DNA of 63,974 nt, the filler included, from Candidatus Methanoxibalbensis ujae (GTDB lineage: Archaea > Halobacteriota > Syntropharchaeia > Alkanophagales > Methanospirareceae), in assembly GCA_026134085.1 (NCBI GenBank). It is 10 parts of 10 records of this genome, joined end to end, with 100 filler letters (N's around TTAATTAATTAA, not from the genome) between each part and the next. Parts side by side here need not be neighbours in the genome. Positions count along the whole stretch, not along the records: positions 47,087 to 52,989 come from JAOQIN010000068.1; positions 53,090 to 58,971 come from JAOQIN010000069.1; positions 59,072 to 63,974 come from JAOQIN010000075.1; 7 more parts are not named here. One strand, written 5' to 3'. Within the stretch, counting starts at the first letter, position 1, and each line of letters starts with the position of its first letter. The position numbers and the translations under genes are program-made. This document shows, in pieces, positions 49,837 to 60,272 of the stretch. Under the pieces are notes generated by a model, which worked only from the letters and a program-made list of their open reading frames with translations, was not told the DNA's origin and searched no databases.

Positions 49837-50571
49837 CTAAGTGCTTTTCACGCGCATCTTAAGCGCTCGCACGAGTTCCTCTCTCACGCTGCTCTCACGG
49901 TCCCCGCCGCACACAATACCTCTCACACCGAGAATATCAGCACCGATTCGCTTGGCTTTCGGGACGTCCTCAAACTTCAGCGCGCCTGCCACCGCCGCCT
50001 TCAAACCCATGGCATGAGCATCGTCCACGAATCTCTGCATGCCCTCCTCACCGAGAAATTCAAAAGAAGAGCGACCGTCTTTGACTGCTGTGTCCACCAT
50101 CGCGACATCAAGTTCCTCAACAGCATGTCCTATCTCCGAGATTTCAAAAGGAGATACTGTGCAGGCACGCTCAAAATCTGCGAAGAAGGCGGCAACAACA
50201 TTCTTTGAACAGTCATACTCCTTCACCGCACGGGATACGGCGTTCAGCAGTTCCGTTGCCTCCTCCCTTTTCCTCACAAGCAGACCCACCTTCACATAAT
50301 CAGCACCCGCCACAGCGACGCCAAGTGCAGCGAGTGCCGCCGTGCCCGGCTTGAAATCAAAATCTCCTATAGCAGCGCTCATCTCTATTCTGTTTTCTCT
50401 CCTGCGGTTCTCACGGTCAACAATATCCCTCACCCTGCGCACTATCCAGGGGAAATTCGCACCGAGCGAGCCCTCTCTCGGATTTTTGACATCAACGATA
50501 TCCGCATCTCCTCGTATGACCGCAGACGCCTCTTCAACATCACGGGGGCTGACAAGAAGCTTCATCCTCAA
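49837..50571 (-). CDS. mfnB: (5-formylfuran-3-yl)methyl phosphate synthase (methanofuran biosynthesis)
   Basis: LLVSP, DVKNPREGSLGANFPW, DYVKVGL, MVDTAVKDG, GVRG. Confidence 0.93.
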   Translation of the reverse strand: MRMKLLVSPRDVEEASAVIRGDADIVDVKNPREGSLGANFPWIVRRVRDIVDRENRRRENRIEMSAAIGDFDFKPGTAALAALGVAVAGADYVKVGLLVRKREEATELLNAVSRAVKEYDCSKNVVAAFFADFERACTVSPFEISEIGHAVEELDVAMVDTAVKDGRSSFEFLGEEGMQRFVDDAHAMGLKAAVAGALKFEDVPKAKRIGADILGVRGIVCGGDRESSVREELVRALKMRVKST

Positions 50572-51263
50572 TACACCTCCTTCCTCTCAATAACAACACC
50601 TTCACCTGTGCCTATATGAACTTCAGTTGCATTTGTGAATATGCCATGCTCAACGACGCCAGCGATTGAAGAAAGAGCATTGCTCAGATCGTCCGGATCT
50701 TCAATAACGCCGAAATCAGCATCCAGAACTATATTTCCATTTTCAGTGACGAAAACGCCCCCTCTTTCTGAAGTCCTCAATCTCGGGACACCGCCGAGAT
50801 CTCTCACACAGCGCTCAACAACTTTGAACGCGAACGGAAGCACCTCAAGAGGGACCGGCTTTCTCAAAAATGTTGATTTCTTCTCCTCCTCCACACATAT
50901 AACAACCTTTCTCGCAGCATAAGAAACAACTTTCTCACGCGTGTGAGAGCCCCAACCACCCTTTATCATGTTCAATTTCGCATCAACCTCATCAGCACCG
51001 TCTATGTAAATGTCAAGTGTCGGATGCTCAGATAGGGAGACGAGAGGAATCCCATGCTCTATCGCTTTCATTTCAGTCCTGAAAGATGTCGGCACGCCTG
51101 ATATCTCCATGCCCTCCTTTTTCATGCGCTCCCCCAATATCCTGATCACAATCTCAGCTGTTGAGCCCGTTCCCAAGCCGACAATCATGCCGTCATCCAC
51201 AAGCGATGCCGCGGAGAACGCCGCAATCTCCTTCTTCTCCTCCCTGCTCCTATACAGTCCCAT
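50568..51263 (-). CDS. rpiA: ribose-5-phosphate isomerase A
   Basis: GLGTGST, DGADEVD, IKGG, GVVEHGIF. Confidence 0.95.
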   Translation of the reverse strand: MGLYRSREEKKEIAAFSAASLVDDGMIVGLGTGSTAEIVIRILGERMKKEGMEISGVPTSFRTEMKAIEHGIPLVSLSEHPTLDIYIDGADEVDAKLNMIKGGWGSHTREKVVSYAARKVVICVEEEKKSTFLRKPVPLEVLPFAFKVVERCVRDLGGVPRLRTSERGGVFVTENGNIVLDADFGVIEDPDDLSNALSSIAGVVEHGIFTNATEVHIGTGEGVVIERKEVY

Positions 51264-51803
51264 CCTCCATCAATACTCCTATCCTCACATTTAGTTTTTA
51301 TCGGCGCACATTTCTTTCTCCTCCTCATCTTCAGCTTTCTCTCAATACTTTCTCTCAATACAATCTCTCAATGCAACCACTCAATAATCCAATGATCTCC
51401 CCAACGATTCAACGACAATATTGAATCTCCTATTTCACATTGAATGTCAGCCCTCTTATCCGAAGGCATTACAAATCTTTCTCCAGTTTTCCCCAAACTC
51501 AAATAAATGAGCGTGTATCACCTTCCTTCTGTTTCCATTCAATGATGATGACAAAAAATACATTCTCCTTTGCTGTTTATCTCAGATCCAATGCAGGGTG
51601 CGGAGTCAGCATCGCTGACAGTTCATGTGACCCTATCGTCTCTCTCACTCCGCATGGCAGAGGTGACAACAGGCAGATCCCGGGACACACATTCTTCCAA
51701 CAATCCTTCCTCCCAAAAAGATAAAAATCCAAAAAGATAGAAATCAGCAGCGGTAGAGATATCACAGATCATGATTTATTTAAAATCATGAGAAAATACG
51801 GAT

Positions 51804-52751
51804 GTGATGTTGTCAGAGGAGGAAGTGCCGGCGAAGTTGCCTGAGACAGGCAAAATATGGTTCAACGGGCGGTTCATTGATTGGAAAGATGCGAAAGTGC
51901 ATGTGCTCTCTCATGGTTTGCACTATGGAACTGGAGTTTTTGAAGGCATAAGATGTTATGCAACGGAAAAGGGCTCTTTCATTTTCAGATTGAAGGAGCA
52001 TATTGATCGTCTTTTCAGGTCAGCGAGGTTATATGGGATGCATATTCCGTATACAAAAGATGAGATATGCAATGCGATAAAGGAGACAGTGCGTATAAAT
52101 GGGCTTGATGCGTGCTATATTCGTCCGATTGTGTTCTACGGCTACCATCATCTCGGTGTTATTCCGTATGGATGTCCTGTGGAATGCGTGATCGCTGCTT
52201 GGAAATGGGGTGCGTATCTCGGTGAGGAATCACTTCAGAAGGGCATAAGATGCACATTCTCATCATGGCAGCGATTTCATCCGAACACAGTGCCTGCGGT
52301 TGCGAAGGCATGCGGTCATTATCTGAATTCACTCCTCGCGGCGATGGAAGCCCGTCAGAAAGGATTTGACGAGGCGATAATGCTTGACTGCAAGGGATAT
52401 GTTGCGGAAGGACCCGGTGAAAACATATTTATCGTGCGAGATGGTCGTCTGTTGACGCCCGGATTTGACTCTGCGATTCTTCCGGGAATCACAAGAAACA
52501 CTGTTATTGAGCTTGCCAGAGATATGGGCATACATGTTGAGGAGAGAACACTCACAAAATCAGAGGTCCTGAGCGCTGACGAGGCTTTCTTCACGGGAAC
52601 AGCAGCAGAAATCACGCCTATAAGAGAGATAGACAGTGTTGTCATCGGAAAAGGCGAGGTTGGTGAGATAACACGGGAGATCCAGCGGAAGTTCTTTGAT
52701 GTGGTGAGTGCGAAGGAAAGCGCATACATGAAATGGCTTGAACCCGTTTGA
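51804..52751 (+). CDS. ilvE: branched-chain amino acid aminotransferase
   Basis: HGLHYGTGVFEGIR, AKACGHY, EGPGENIF, LPGITR, FFTGTAAEITP. Confidence 0.95.
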   Translation: MMLSEEEVPAKLPETGKIWFNGRFIDWKDAKVHVLSHGLHYGTGVFEGIRCYATEKGSFIFRLKEHIDRLFRSARLYGMHIPYTKDEICNAIKETVRINGLDACYIRPIVFYGYHHLGVIPYGCPVECVIAAWKWGAYLGEESLQKGIRCTFSSWQRFHPNTVPAVAKACGHYLNSLLAAMEARQKGFDEAIMLDCKGYVAEGPGENIFIVRDGRLLTPGFDSAILPGITRNTVIELARDMGIHVEERTLTKSEVLSADEAFFTGTAAEITPIREIDSVVIGKGEVGEITREIQRKFFDVVSAKESAYMKWLEPV

Positions 52752-52846
52752 TCGTTTATCGTTATAATGCATTTGATGGTAGAGCTTTCCGCCGCTCCTC
52801 AGGGATGCAAGCTCATTCATGGAGATCGCTCTCCGCAGGCAGTTTC

Positions 52847-52989
52847 GTGACCTCCTGCCCTCACTTCAGAGAGGGGCATCCAGTTGGGTTCCTGCTTCCT
52901 CAAAAGAACTCCCATTGAAGGAACACTACAGTCCTACCAGCTCTCTCAGCCATGCAGGTGGCGAATGAATTTCAGAGGCGTCCGAAATT
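52847..52989 (-). mobile_element. IS200/IS605-type right end (reRNA-like tail) at the contig end
   Basis: Minus strand GAAGCAGGAA...GCCCCTCTCTGAAGTGAGGGCAGGAGGTCAC: hairpin plus TCAC terminus. Confidence 0.55.
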
Positions 52990-53089
52990 NNNNNNNNNNN
53001 NNNNNNNNNNNNNNNNNNNNNNNNNNNNNNNNNTTAATTAATTAANNNNNNNNNNNNNNNNNNNNNNNNNNNNNNNNNNNNNNNNNNNN

Positions 53090-53295
53090 ATTATACCTGG
53101 TCGTTTACGACTGAGGGAATGGGGGATTGGAACCCCTGGAACGACCCCGATTCAGATGGAGGAGAGAAAATCACAACTGCTGAACTACAAGAAGCGATTC
53201 ACTGCTGGTTGAATGATGAGTCAGCACCGAAAACAGGTGCAGAGATTACCACTGCAAGATTACAGGAGGTGATTCATCAATGGCTTGTTGGATAG
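53090..53295 (+). CDS. 3' fragment of a surface protein ending in a dockerin-like duplicated motif
   Basis: Manual translation YTWSFTT...WNDPDSDGGEKITTAELQEAIHCWLNDESAPKTGAEITTARLQEVIHQWLVG-stop; duplicated ITTAxLQExIHxWL. Confidence 0.7.
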
Positions 53296-53343
53296 GAGAA
53301 ATATTTAATTTGGGGAAAATAAACGAAGGGAGGGAGAAGAAAA

Positions 53344-56300
53344 ATGAAGAAGGTAAATAGAAGGAAGATAGATGTGTTGAATAAAAAAGGAATAAGCGTG
53401 TTGGCAATAGGAATAGTGTTGTTCTCGGTGTTAGTATCGGCTATACCCGTAATGGCAGCGGGAGAGATAACCGCAATGAGAGATATCTCAAATCAGGCAG
53501 TTAATCCCGGAGATACGTTTACCGTGACGGTTACCATAACAGCAAATCAAGAAATAGAAGCACTTGCTTTGGATGAGGACATACCCAGTGGTTGGGAAGT
53601 AACACGAGTAAGCGACGATGCCGCTGCATTTAAGGAATCTACTATTGAGTGGATTTGGACTGAGAAATTATCTGCAGGAGATAGTAAAACGGTAGTTTAT
53701 AATGTTACGGTGCCCTCTAACGCTGAAAGTGGAACTTATTACATTACTGGTAAAGTTTCTGCGTATAATGTAAATCCCATTGCTGTTGGAGGTGAGACAG
53801 AAGTTAATGTAACTGGTAATCTTCCACCAATTGCAAACTTCACATATTTACCACCAAACCCCGTGGTAAACCAACCAGTAACATTTAATGCATCCCCCTC
53901 TTACGACCCTGATGGATTCATAGCGAATTACGAGTGGGACTTCGGCGATGGGAATACCGCAACAGGAAAAATAGTAACACATTCTTATTCCTCAGAAGGC
54001 GAATACAGGGTAAAACTTACAGTAACCGATGATTCAAGCCTGACTAACTCTACTACAAGGAAAATAAAGGTGGAAAATGAACTGCCATCTCAATTGAAGG
54101 AGCTATGGCACTCTAAAGTCAGTGGAAACGTTAAGGATGTATTTTCGGCAGACTTAGATAACGACGGCGAAAAAGAAGTAATTGCAGGCACTGATGAAAA
54201 TAAAATTTATGTGTTCGACTCAAAAGGAAACAAAAAATGGGAATATACCGCAGGTAGTGCGGTCATGGCTGTCTGTGCAGCGGATTTCAATGGCGATGGG
54301 AAGAAGGAAGTTGTAGCAGGAACTGATTACAAAGACCTTGGCAATATTTATACTTTTGACTCAAGTGGGAATTTACTTTGGAAATTCCAGACAGGAGCAA
54401 AACACTACTGGCCCGATAATAAACTCAATGTTAGAGTGATTACTGCTGGAGATGTAGATAACGACGGAAAGGAGGAAATTGTTGTTGGCTCTACTCACTA
54501 TTACTGGTTCCCGGGTCGTGTTTGTATTCTCGGAGAAGGTGGGAATCTTGAGGGAGAATACTGGAATCCCGGACATGTATATTCCATCCAGATCGGTGAT
54601 ATAGATAACGATGGAGATAGCGAAATCGTAATAGGTTTTGTGAATAATGATTACGGCTATGAGGGTGCAATAGCTTTATTTAACGGCAACGACGTAAGTG
54701 GAGAAGCTCCGGCTGCTGTTAATGGCTATGATTACAATGCCGGAAGCCAGATATGGTATTGGCATTCAGGTGTAGATCACAGTAATATCTTCAGTGTATT
54801 TCCTTTTGATTTGGATGGTGACGGCATTAATGAAATAATAGCCGGATCTGATGACAACAATGTTTATACACTGGATTCAAACGGGAATGTGAAATGGAAG
54901 TATGGAACGAAGGGTCGTATTGGTGAGGAATCTATACTTGCATCGGATTTAAACAACGATGGCAAAGGGGAAGTTATTGCAGGTTCATACGACAACAATG
55001 CTTATTGTATTGACTACGAAGGCAACTTGAAATGGAAGTATGAAACAATAGACCCGGTAAAGATACCATTTGCGGGTGATGTGGACAATGATGGAATGGG
55101 CGAAGTAGTTGCTGTTTCTGACAAGGTTTATGTGCTTACAAGCGATGGAAAAGTGAAATATGATTATCCGAGGGATGGTGTTGCATACGTTGCCGACTTA
55201 GGGGAGGATAACGTAAAAGAGATTGTTTTGGGTAGTGGCACGACTGTTTATGCTCTCGCCATAAATAATCTCTCAGTTATATTTGAAGACGATTTCAGTG
55301 AACTCAACCTTAATACCTGGATTCCCTTCGGTTCTCCATCCCCACGTGTTCTGGCATCTGTAGAAGGAAGGAATGGAGTTTTCGATAACAATGGAGATAG
55401 CTGGTGCAACAGCGGGGTTGTCTCAAAAAAGAACTTCTCATTCCCAAACGGCTTTACAATGGAGTCTGATATGTTTCTGCGAGTAACAGATGTTACTGGA
55501 TGCTGGGATGACGCAATTATTGGGATAACAAGACAGAACACACCAACAGGGGAAAGTCCTTGTCCTACTGAAAGTTATCCACTCGGTGTTTACACTGGAA
55601 TATTCTATACAGGAGATGCTTGCTGGGCAACTCCTGTGGAGAAGAGGAGGCATGCGTACTTTAGGGCGGCTCTTTATGCAGAGGACGGAACGTCTGAGAG
55701 TGTAGGATATAATCTCAGTGCTGATGATTACATTAATGGATGGCATAGTTACAAGATAGTAGTTGGAAGCGATAGATACGTTAAGTTCTATGTTGATGGT
55801 GATTTGATCTATGCATCTAAGAAAAAGCTTCATCCAGATGTTCTAAATAAGAAGAAAATATTCTTAGGAGTACGCTCTTCAGGCTCAGCAGGGAAGTCTT
55901 ACCATGATTTTATAAAAGTATATGCTCCATCATCAAATATTTCAACTGTTTCATTTAACCCACCCAAGATTAAAATCCCGCCAAACTCCACGAATACAAT
56001 AAACATAACCCTCGACAGCGCACCAAATGGTCTATCAGGCTATAACCTCACGGTCTCGCTATCCAATCCCGAAGTAGCTGAAATCGTATCCGTAAGCTTC
56101 CCAGAATGGGCAACTTTGCACTCCAACTCCCCTCTACCCGCAGATTCCGTATGGATGAAATGCGCTGACCTTAACGATGAGATAAAAAGTGGCGATAAGA
56201 ACATCTCCTTAGCAAGACTAACGTTAAGAGGTGATGAAAAAGGGAAAACCGACCTCGTCATAACGGTTACGAAGATCGATGATGATGACGGAAATCCGAT

Positions 56301-56748
56301 AGATGTCTCTACCACTAAAGGCTATCTTGAGGTTGCAAGAACTGCAATGGAAGAGCCGAGTGTTTTCATATCAACGGACAAATACGAATACACAGCTGGC
56401 GATGTGATGCTCATAAACATAACAATTACGAACCCGGGTGAAAGGGAGGGCGTGAAATTCCTATGGTGTCTTGACATACTTGATTATGACAAGCATTTCA
56501 TAATAATAAACAACCGTTCGCTGCTGTTATCACCGCACTACGATAAAACATTCACGCTCAGATGGAAGCTACCAAAATTGAAATCATCGTTCAATGCATC
56601 CTGGCATGTCGCTATTTTCAACAAAACAACCTCAGAATTAATAAGCGAAGACCTCGCAGACTGGAAATATGTGGCTGAAAAAGCGATGAAAATGACATCT
56701 AAAGACGTGAAAGTGAAGGTGCGACGAATTCAACTACAAAAGAAATAA
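53344..56748 (+). CDS. large secreted multidomain surface protein (Ig-like, PKD, FG-GAP beta-propeller, lectin-like, cohesin-like)
   Basis: Signal peptide; PKD YEWDFGDG; about eight DxDxDGxxE(I/V) repeats with G..KW.Y; cohesin-like GLSGYNLTVSLSNPEVAEIVSVSFPEWA. Confidence 0.85.
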   Translation: MKKVNRRKIDVLNKKGISVLAIGIVLFSVLVSAIPVMAAGEITAMRDISNQAVNPGDTFTVTVTITANQEIEALALDEDIPSGWEVTRVSDDAAAFKESTIEWIWTEKLSAGDSKTVVYNVTVPSNAESGTYYITGKVSAYNVNPIAVGGETEVNVTGNLPPIANFTYLPPNPVVNQPVTFNASPSYDPDGFIANYEWDFGDGNTATGKIVTHSYSSEGEYRVKLTVTDDSSLTNSTTRKIKVENELPSQLKELWHSKVSGNVKDVFSADLDNDGEKEVIAGTDENKIYVFDSKGNKKWEYTAGSAVMAVCAADFNGDGKKEVVAGTDYKDLGNIYTFDSSGNLLWKFQTGAKHYWPDNKLNVRVITAGDVDNDGKEEIVVGSTHYYWFPGRVCILGEGGNLEGEYWNPGHVYSIQIGDIDNDGDSEIVIGFVNNDYGYEGAIALFNGNDVSGEAPAAVNGYDYNAGSQIWYWHSGVDHSNIFSVFPFDLDGDGINEIIAGSDDNNVYTLDSNGNVKWKYGTKGRIGEESILASDLNNDGKGEVIAGSYDNNAYCIDYEGNLKWKYETIDPVKIPFAGDVDNDGMGEVVAVSDKVYVLTSDGKVKYDYPRDGVAYVADLGEDNVKEIVLGSGTTVYALAINNLSVIFEDDFSELNLNTWIPFGSPSPRVLASVEGRNGVFDNNGDSWCNSGVVSKKNFSFPNGFTMESDMFLRVTDVTGCWDDAIIGITRQNTPTGESPCPTESYPLGVYTGIFYTGDACWATPVEKRRHAYFRAALYAEDGTSESVGYNLSADDYINGWHSYKIVVGSDRYVKFYVDGDLIYASKKKLHPDVLNKKKIFLGVRSSGSAGKSYHDFIKVYAPSSNISTVSFNPPKIKIPPNSTNTINITLDSAPNGLSGYNLTVSLSNPEVAEIVSVSFPEWATLHSNSPLPADSVWMKCADLNDEIKSGDKNISLARLTLRGDEKGKTDLVITVTKIDDDDGNPIDVSTTKGYLEVARTAMEEPSVFISTDKYEYTAGDVMLINITITNPGEREGVKFLWCLDILDYDKHFIIINNRSLLLSPHYDKTFTLRWKLPKLKSSFNASWHVAIFNKTTSELISEDLADWKYVAEKAMKMTSKDVKVKVRRIQLQKK

Positions 56749-56796
56749 CGGTGCAACCTGCATCTGAAGCGAATATCTCGTTTAATCCCTCGAGAT

Positions 56797-57002
56797 CTAT
56801 CATCGGCGTAGGTTTAACCGCGGAAATACTTCTGCTGCGTTGAAATGCCTTGCAAGCACCTTAAGCAGTGCCTTGTTCGCTTTCCCGCTCTCCGCAGGCC
56901 CTTTCACTTTCACTACCAAAGGCTCTCCCTCCCCTCGCTCAATCACTTCCTCACGAGACGCTCTCGGCACACCTTCACTTCCAGGTCGCCCTGACCTAAC
57001 AT
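56797..57002 (-). pseudogene. DUF167 (YggU) family remnant
   Basis: LEVKV, frameshift, then PRASREEV...LVVKVKGPAESGKANKALLKVLARHF, then truncated. Confidence 0.6.
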
Positions 57003-58234
57003 ACCTTCACACGAATGCATGGTAGGCCCGCTCTCAACCTCTCCAAGAAGGAGAAGCCCCAGCTACCTGGTATCGCCGGGTAGCCGCTCTGAGGCGACGC
57101 CCAGAACCTCATCACTCTCAGCCCTGGGCGTGGGCAGTAAGCCCGCTTACCTCTCCTTCGTCTTCCCCTCTGACTTCCATCGCCTTCATTTGAGGATGCT
57201 ACGGAGAGGAGCGTGATAAGATGCCTGAAGAGGTTATAGCTTATGCTTTTCACTGCGAATGCAATTGCTGAACACTTATGAACATCTAAGCCTACAAGAG
57301 GAGAAATTTTCTCTCCAACATTTGAGGTGTTCTTTTCAGATTTCTCTATCACTTTTATTCCTTTTCTTTCCAACTTCTTGAGCGTTTTCCTGAATTTATA
57401 TTGAGGCATGTTCTTTACTTCACGATTCGCCTTTTTATTATTTGAATTGAATTTACCTGTATTCAGTTTTCCAACAACAATATCTGCATCATAGTGCTTG
57501 GCAATATTTCCTATTTTATCAACCGCTTCATGAATTCTGTATGCTCTCTTTCCTTTTCTCACGAACTGCGTCTCATGAACTTCTACTCTGCCCGTGGCAA
57601 TAACATCAGGCTCTTCTTTTCCCACTACGGCGAAATCTATGTGACCTGCGTTGATGTCTAAAGCCATCACTCTCTCCCCCTCTTTCACTTCTGTTTGAAC
57701 TTCAACTGTTATGCGGACATCATAGCCTTCATTGCGTCGTTTTATTATGACTGTGTAAGGGGCAGAACCATCAAGAAGATGACCATATCTATCAAGATAC
57801 TTCTTCGGAATATACACTTTCGGATAAATTCATTTTCTATGACCAGTGTTAATGCGAAGCTCCATCCTTTCCGTTAACCGTATGTTGAGGTTATCACTTT
57901 TATCGCCGCGAGATATGACGATAGAATTCCGCCTTCTGTGGTATTCTTCTTTCGAAATCTTCCCCTTCTCTCTTAATCTTTGATTATTAAGACCCCCGAA
58001 TGTGACGTGAGGTGGTAAATCTTTCACAGAGTGGTAAGCATCTTTTATATAGCGTGAATTCAAACGAAGCTCATATTGCAAAATCTTCTCTATCTCTGAC
58101 TTCGTGTATCCCTTTCGCTTCATTGAGTATGCTCTTCTCCTCGCTTTTCCGAAATTGAACAGTAGCTTCTCTAACTCTTTCTTTTCTTCTTCTGATATTT
58201 CGCATATATACCCTGGAATTGTGACATTTACCAT
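56996..58234 (-). pseudogene. IS200/IS605 TnpB-related protein interrupted by one in-frame TGA
   Basis: ORFs 57830-58309 and 56996-57817 are in frame across RK*IYPKVYIP; LNSRY, SRGDKS..NLNIR, RuvC-I ALDINAGH; likely start MVNVTIPG at 58234. Confidence 0.75.
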
Positions 58235-58336
58235 GACCACTCTCCTCCTTCCGACGCATCCTTCATCATCAATTATGTTATGATGAGGATGGTTATAATT
58301 ATCGGTCACTGTTGCGGACCTCCATGCGCATTTTCA

Positions 58337-58693
58337 TCACCTCAAAAACCTCTCAATCCACCTCTTCACAAACTTAACACAGAAGCGTTCAAGATTTCTC
58401 ACATGCTTTTCGTCCAAATATTCCTCCTCTCTCAGCTCCGCATTCATCTCTCTTATGACCATCCCCAAATCTTCATCTCTCTCAATCTCCTCTACAAAAT
58501 CTTCAAATAAATTGTCCTTCAATTCATCGTATTTCCTGTTCACATCCTCTACTTTTACGTTTTCGTTGCAGTAATTTCTCTTAATGTCCATAAGCACCCT
58601 GACCGCATTTTTAAGCATCTGCACTTCCTTCTCTGAATACCTCTGTTTTGGATAATTGAGCAAACCTTCGGTAGCCCATGCAACAGCCTCCAT
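58337..58693 (-). CDS. hypothetical protein
   Basis: 118-aa charged helical ORF; in frame with an upstream ATG at 58864 across a single TGA. Confidence 0.5.
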   Translation of the reverse strand: MEAVAWATEGLLNYPKQRYSEKEVQMLKNAVRVLMDIKRNYCNENVKVEDVNRKYDELKDNLFEDFVEEIERDEDLGMVIREMNAELREEEYLDEKHVRNLERFCVKFVKRWIERFLR

Positions 58694-59071
58694 GTCTCCA
58701 CGCTCTACACTCTGTAAAAGCAGTTCGTAAAGGAAGAAAGCGGATTTCCTGAAATCCTTTGACTTCTTGTATTCTTCCTTCAGAAGTGTTAAAGAAATTC
58801 CTCAAAGAAACTTATCCTTATTAATCTTTTTGGAAACCTTCACCGTAATTTTTGCAACCTGCATAGTTATATATTATTATTTAAATATTTGCCTCAATTC
58901 CTCTCCACATTCTCGGATGGAGTCTCCTTGAGGTGGTTAAGATGTCTTTTTCAAGCGATTTCAACACATCTNNNNNNNNNNNNNNNNNNNNNNNNNNNNN
59001 NNNNNNNNNNNNNNNTTAATTAATTAANNNNNNNNNNNNNNNNNNNNNNNNNNNNNNNNNNNNNNNNNNNN

Positions 59072-59150
59072 CCGCTGGAACAGCATATAACAGCGAGGTG
59101 GAACAGGCGTTCCAGAAAATGGAATAAGGGGTTCCAGGGAATGGAACAGG
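59072..59150. promoter_or_regulatory. module of tandem TGGAAC-N4-GTTCCA palindromes with a TATA-like element (copy 1)
   Basis: Diverged direct repeat of 63864-63941. Confidence 0.55.
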
Positions 59151-59388
59151 CTAATTTAGCCCCCTACCACCGTCCTTTACTTCACTTTTTTTCATCTTTA
59201 GACAACTATTGCTTCTTACCCAAACATGGGGGATGGAAAAGGGAAGGAATAGAGGGAAAAACCTCGAGCGGAATCTGTTAAATTGGAAATTAAATTGGAA
59301 AAATTAAATTGAAAATAACTCCCCAAAAAGAAAAAGGTGGAAATTTGTTTTTTTGGTATTCCTGCTATTTAGACCGTCCGGACAAACA

Positions 59389-60262
59389 TCAGGTGCTGTT
59401 ATAGGTTATCGCACCGCCCGAATGGGTTATTTGCGCCGGCAAACTGAAAATACAGAGTACAATAACCGCCACAATAACTGCTACAAGCAGTATCGCAATC
59501 ACTCGCCAGTTCTGCTTCACGAAGCCTACAAATTGAGTTGGATTCATTTTTCTATCGCCTCCCGATATATCGCTCCGTCCTGATAAACATTTCCATCCTT
59601 CGACTTGAACTTGTGACCATGCATTACGGTCGCTAAGTATCGGGTGATGGAACTCTGCATTTGCATTGACTGTGCCGATCTGAGTGTTCCATGATGCTGA
59701 GCTACTGAATGATTCAACAGACCATCCATAGAGCGTATTTGCGTATGCACTTGAATCGTCAGCGACATAGATTACTTCCACACCGGGGTTGTAGTGGAAC
59801 CAACCGGATGCAGTCAAGCTAAATAATGCCCAAAGATGTTTTTTGCTTCGACAGTATTCCATGCATGTTTAACAGTGACTGATAAGATTGTGCCATGGAT
59901 TTCGTAGCAGTCCTCACCAGAAATTCTGACGGTTTCTGCTACATCTCTTTCATCCTGCACAGATTTTGTGGATAGCACCTCTTCGTTCCTTACGGATAAT
60001 GGATGGGGCAAGTTCTTTTATTTGTAGGTCGTCACCATTATTTATTAACCTCCAGATATCTGGATCTCCTTTTTTAAGGAAAAATAATCTGTTATACCAC
60101 TGGACTTGTAGCCAACTTGTACGGTGCTCCAGTTAGTGGTAGGGTGATGCTAAATCCCTTGAATTTGCAGGATTCCCCTGTGCACCCGCAATTGGCACAA
60201 ACACTATTGCTACGAGTATCTGCTGAAACGATAACTTCTACTAAGGAGTGTCTTGAGACGCT
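59389..60262 (-). pseudogene. decayed secreted/membrane protein genes downstream of the ABC operon
   Basis: Overlapping fragments in several frames (59814-60011, 59389-59862), including a truncated TM peptide MNPTQFVGFVKQNWRVIAILL; boundaries approximate. Confidence 0.4.
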
Positions 60263-60272
60263 ATCTTCACCC

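Noticed and set aside
51264..51803. Short ORFs in the rpiA-ilvE divergent intergenic region
   Set aside because: No recognisable motifs or RBS; low-complexity tracts; no RNA family signature seen
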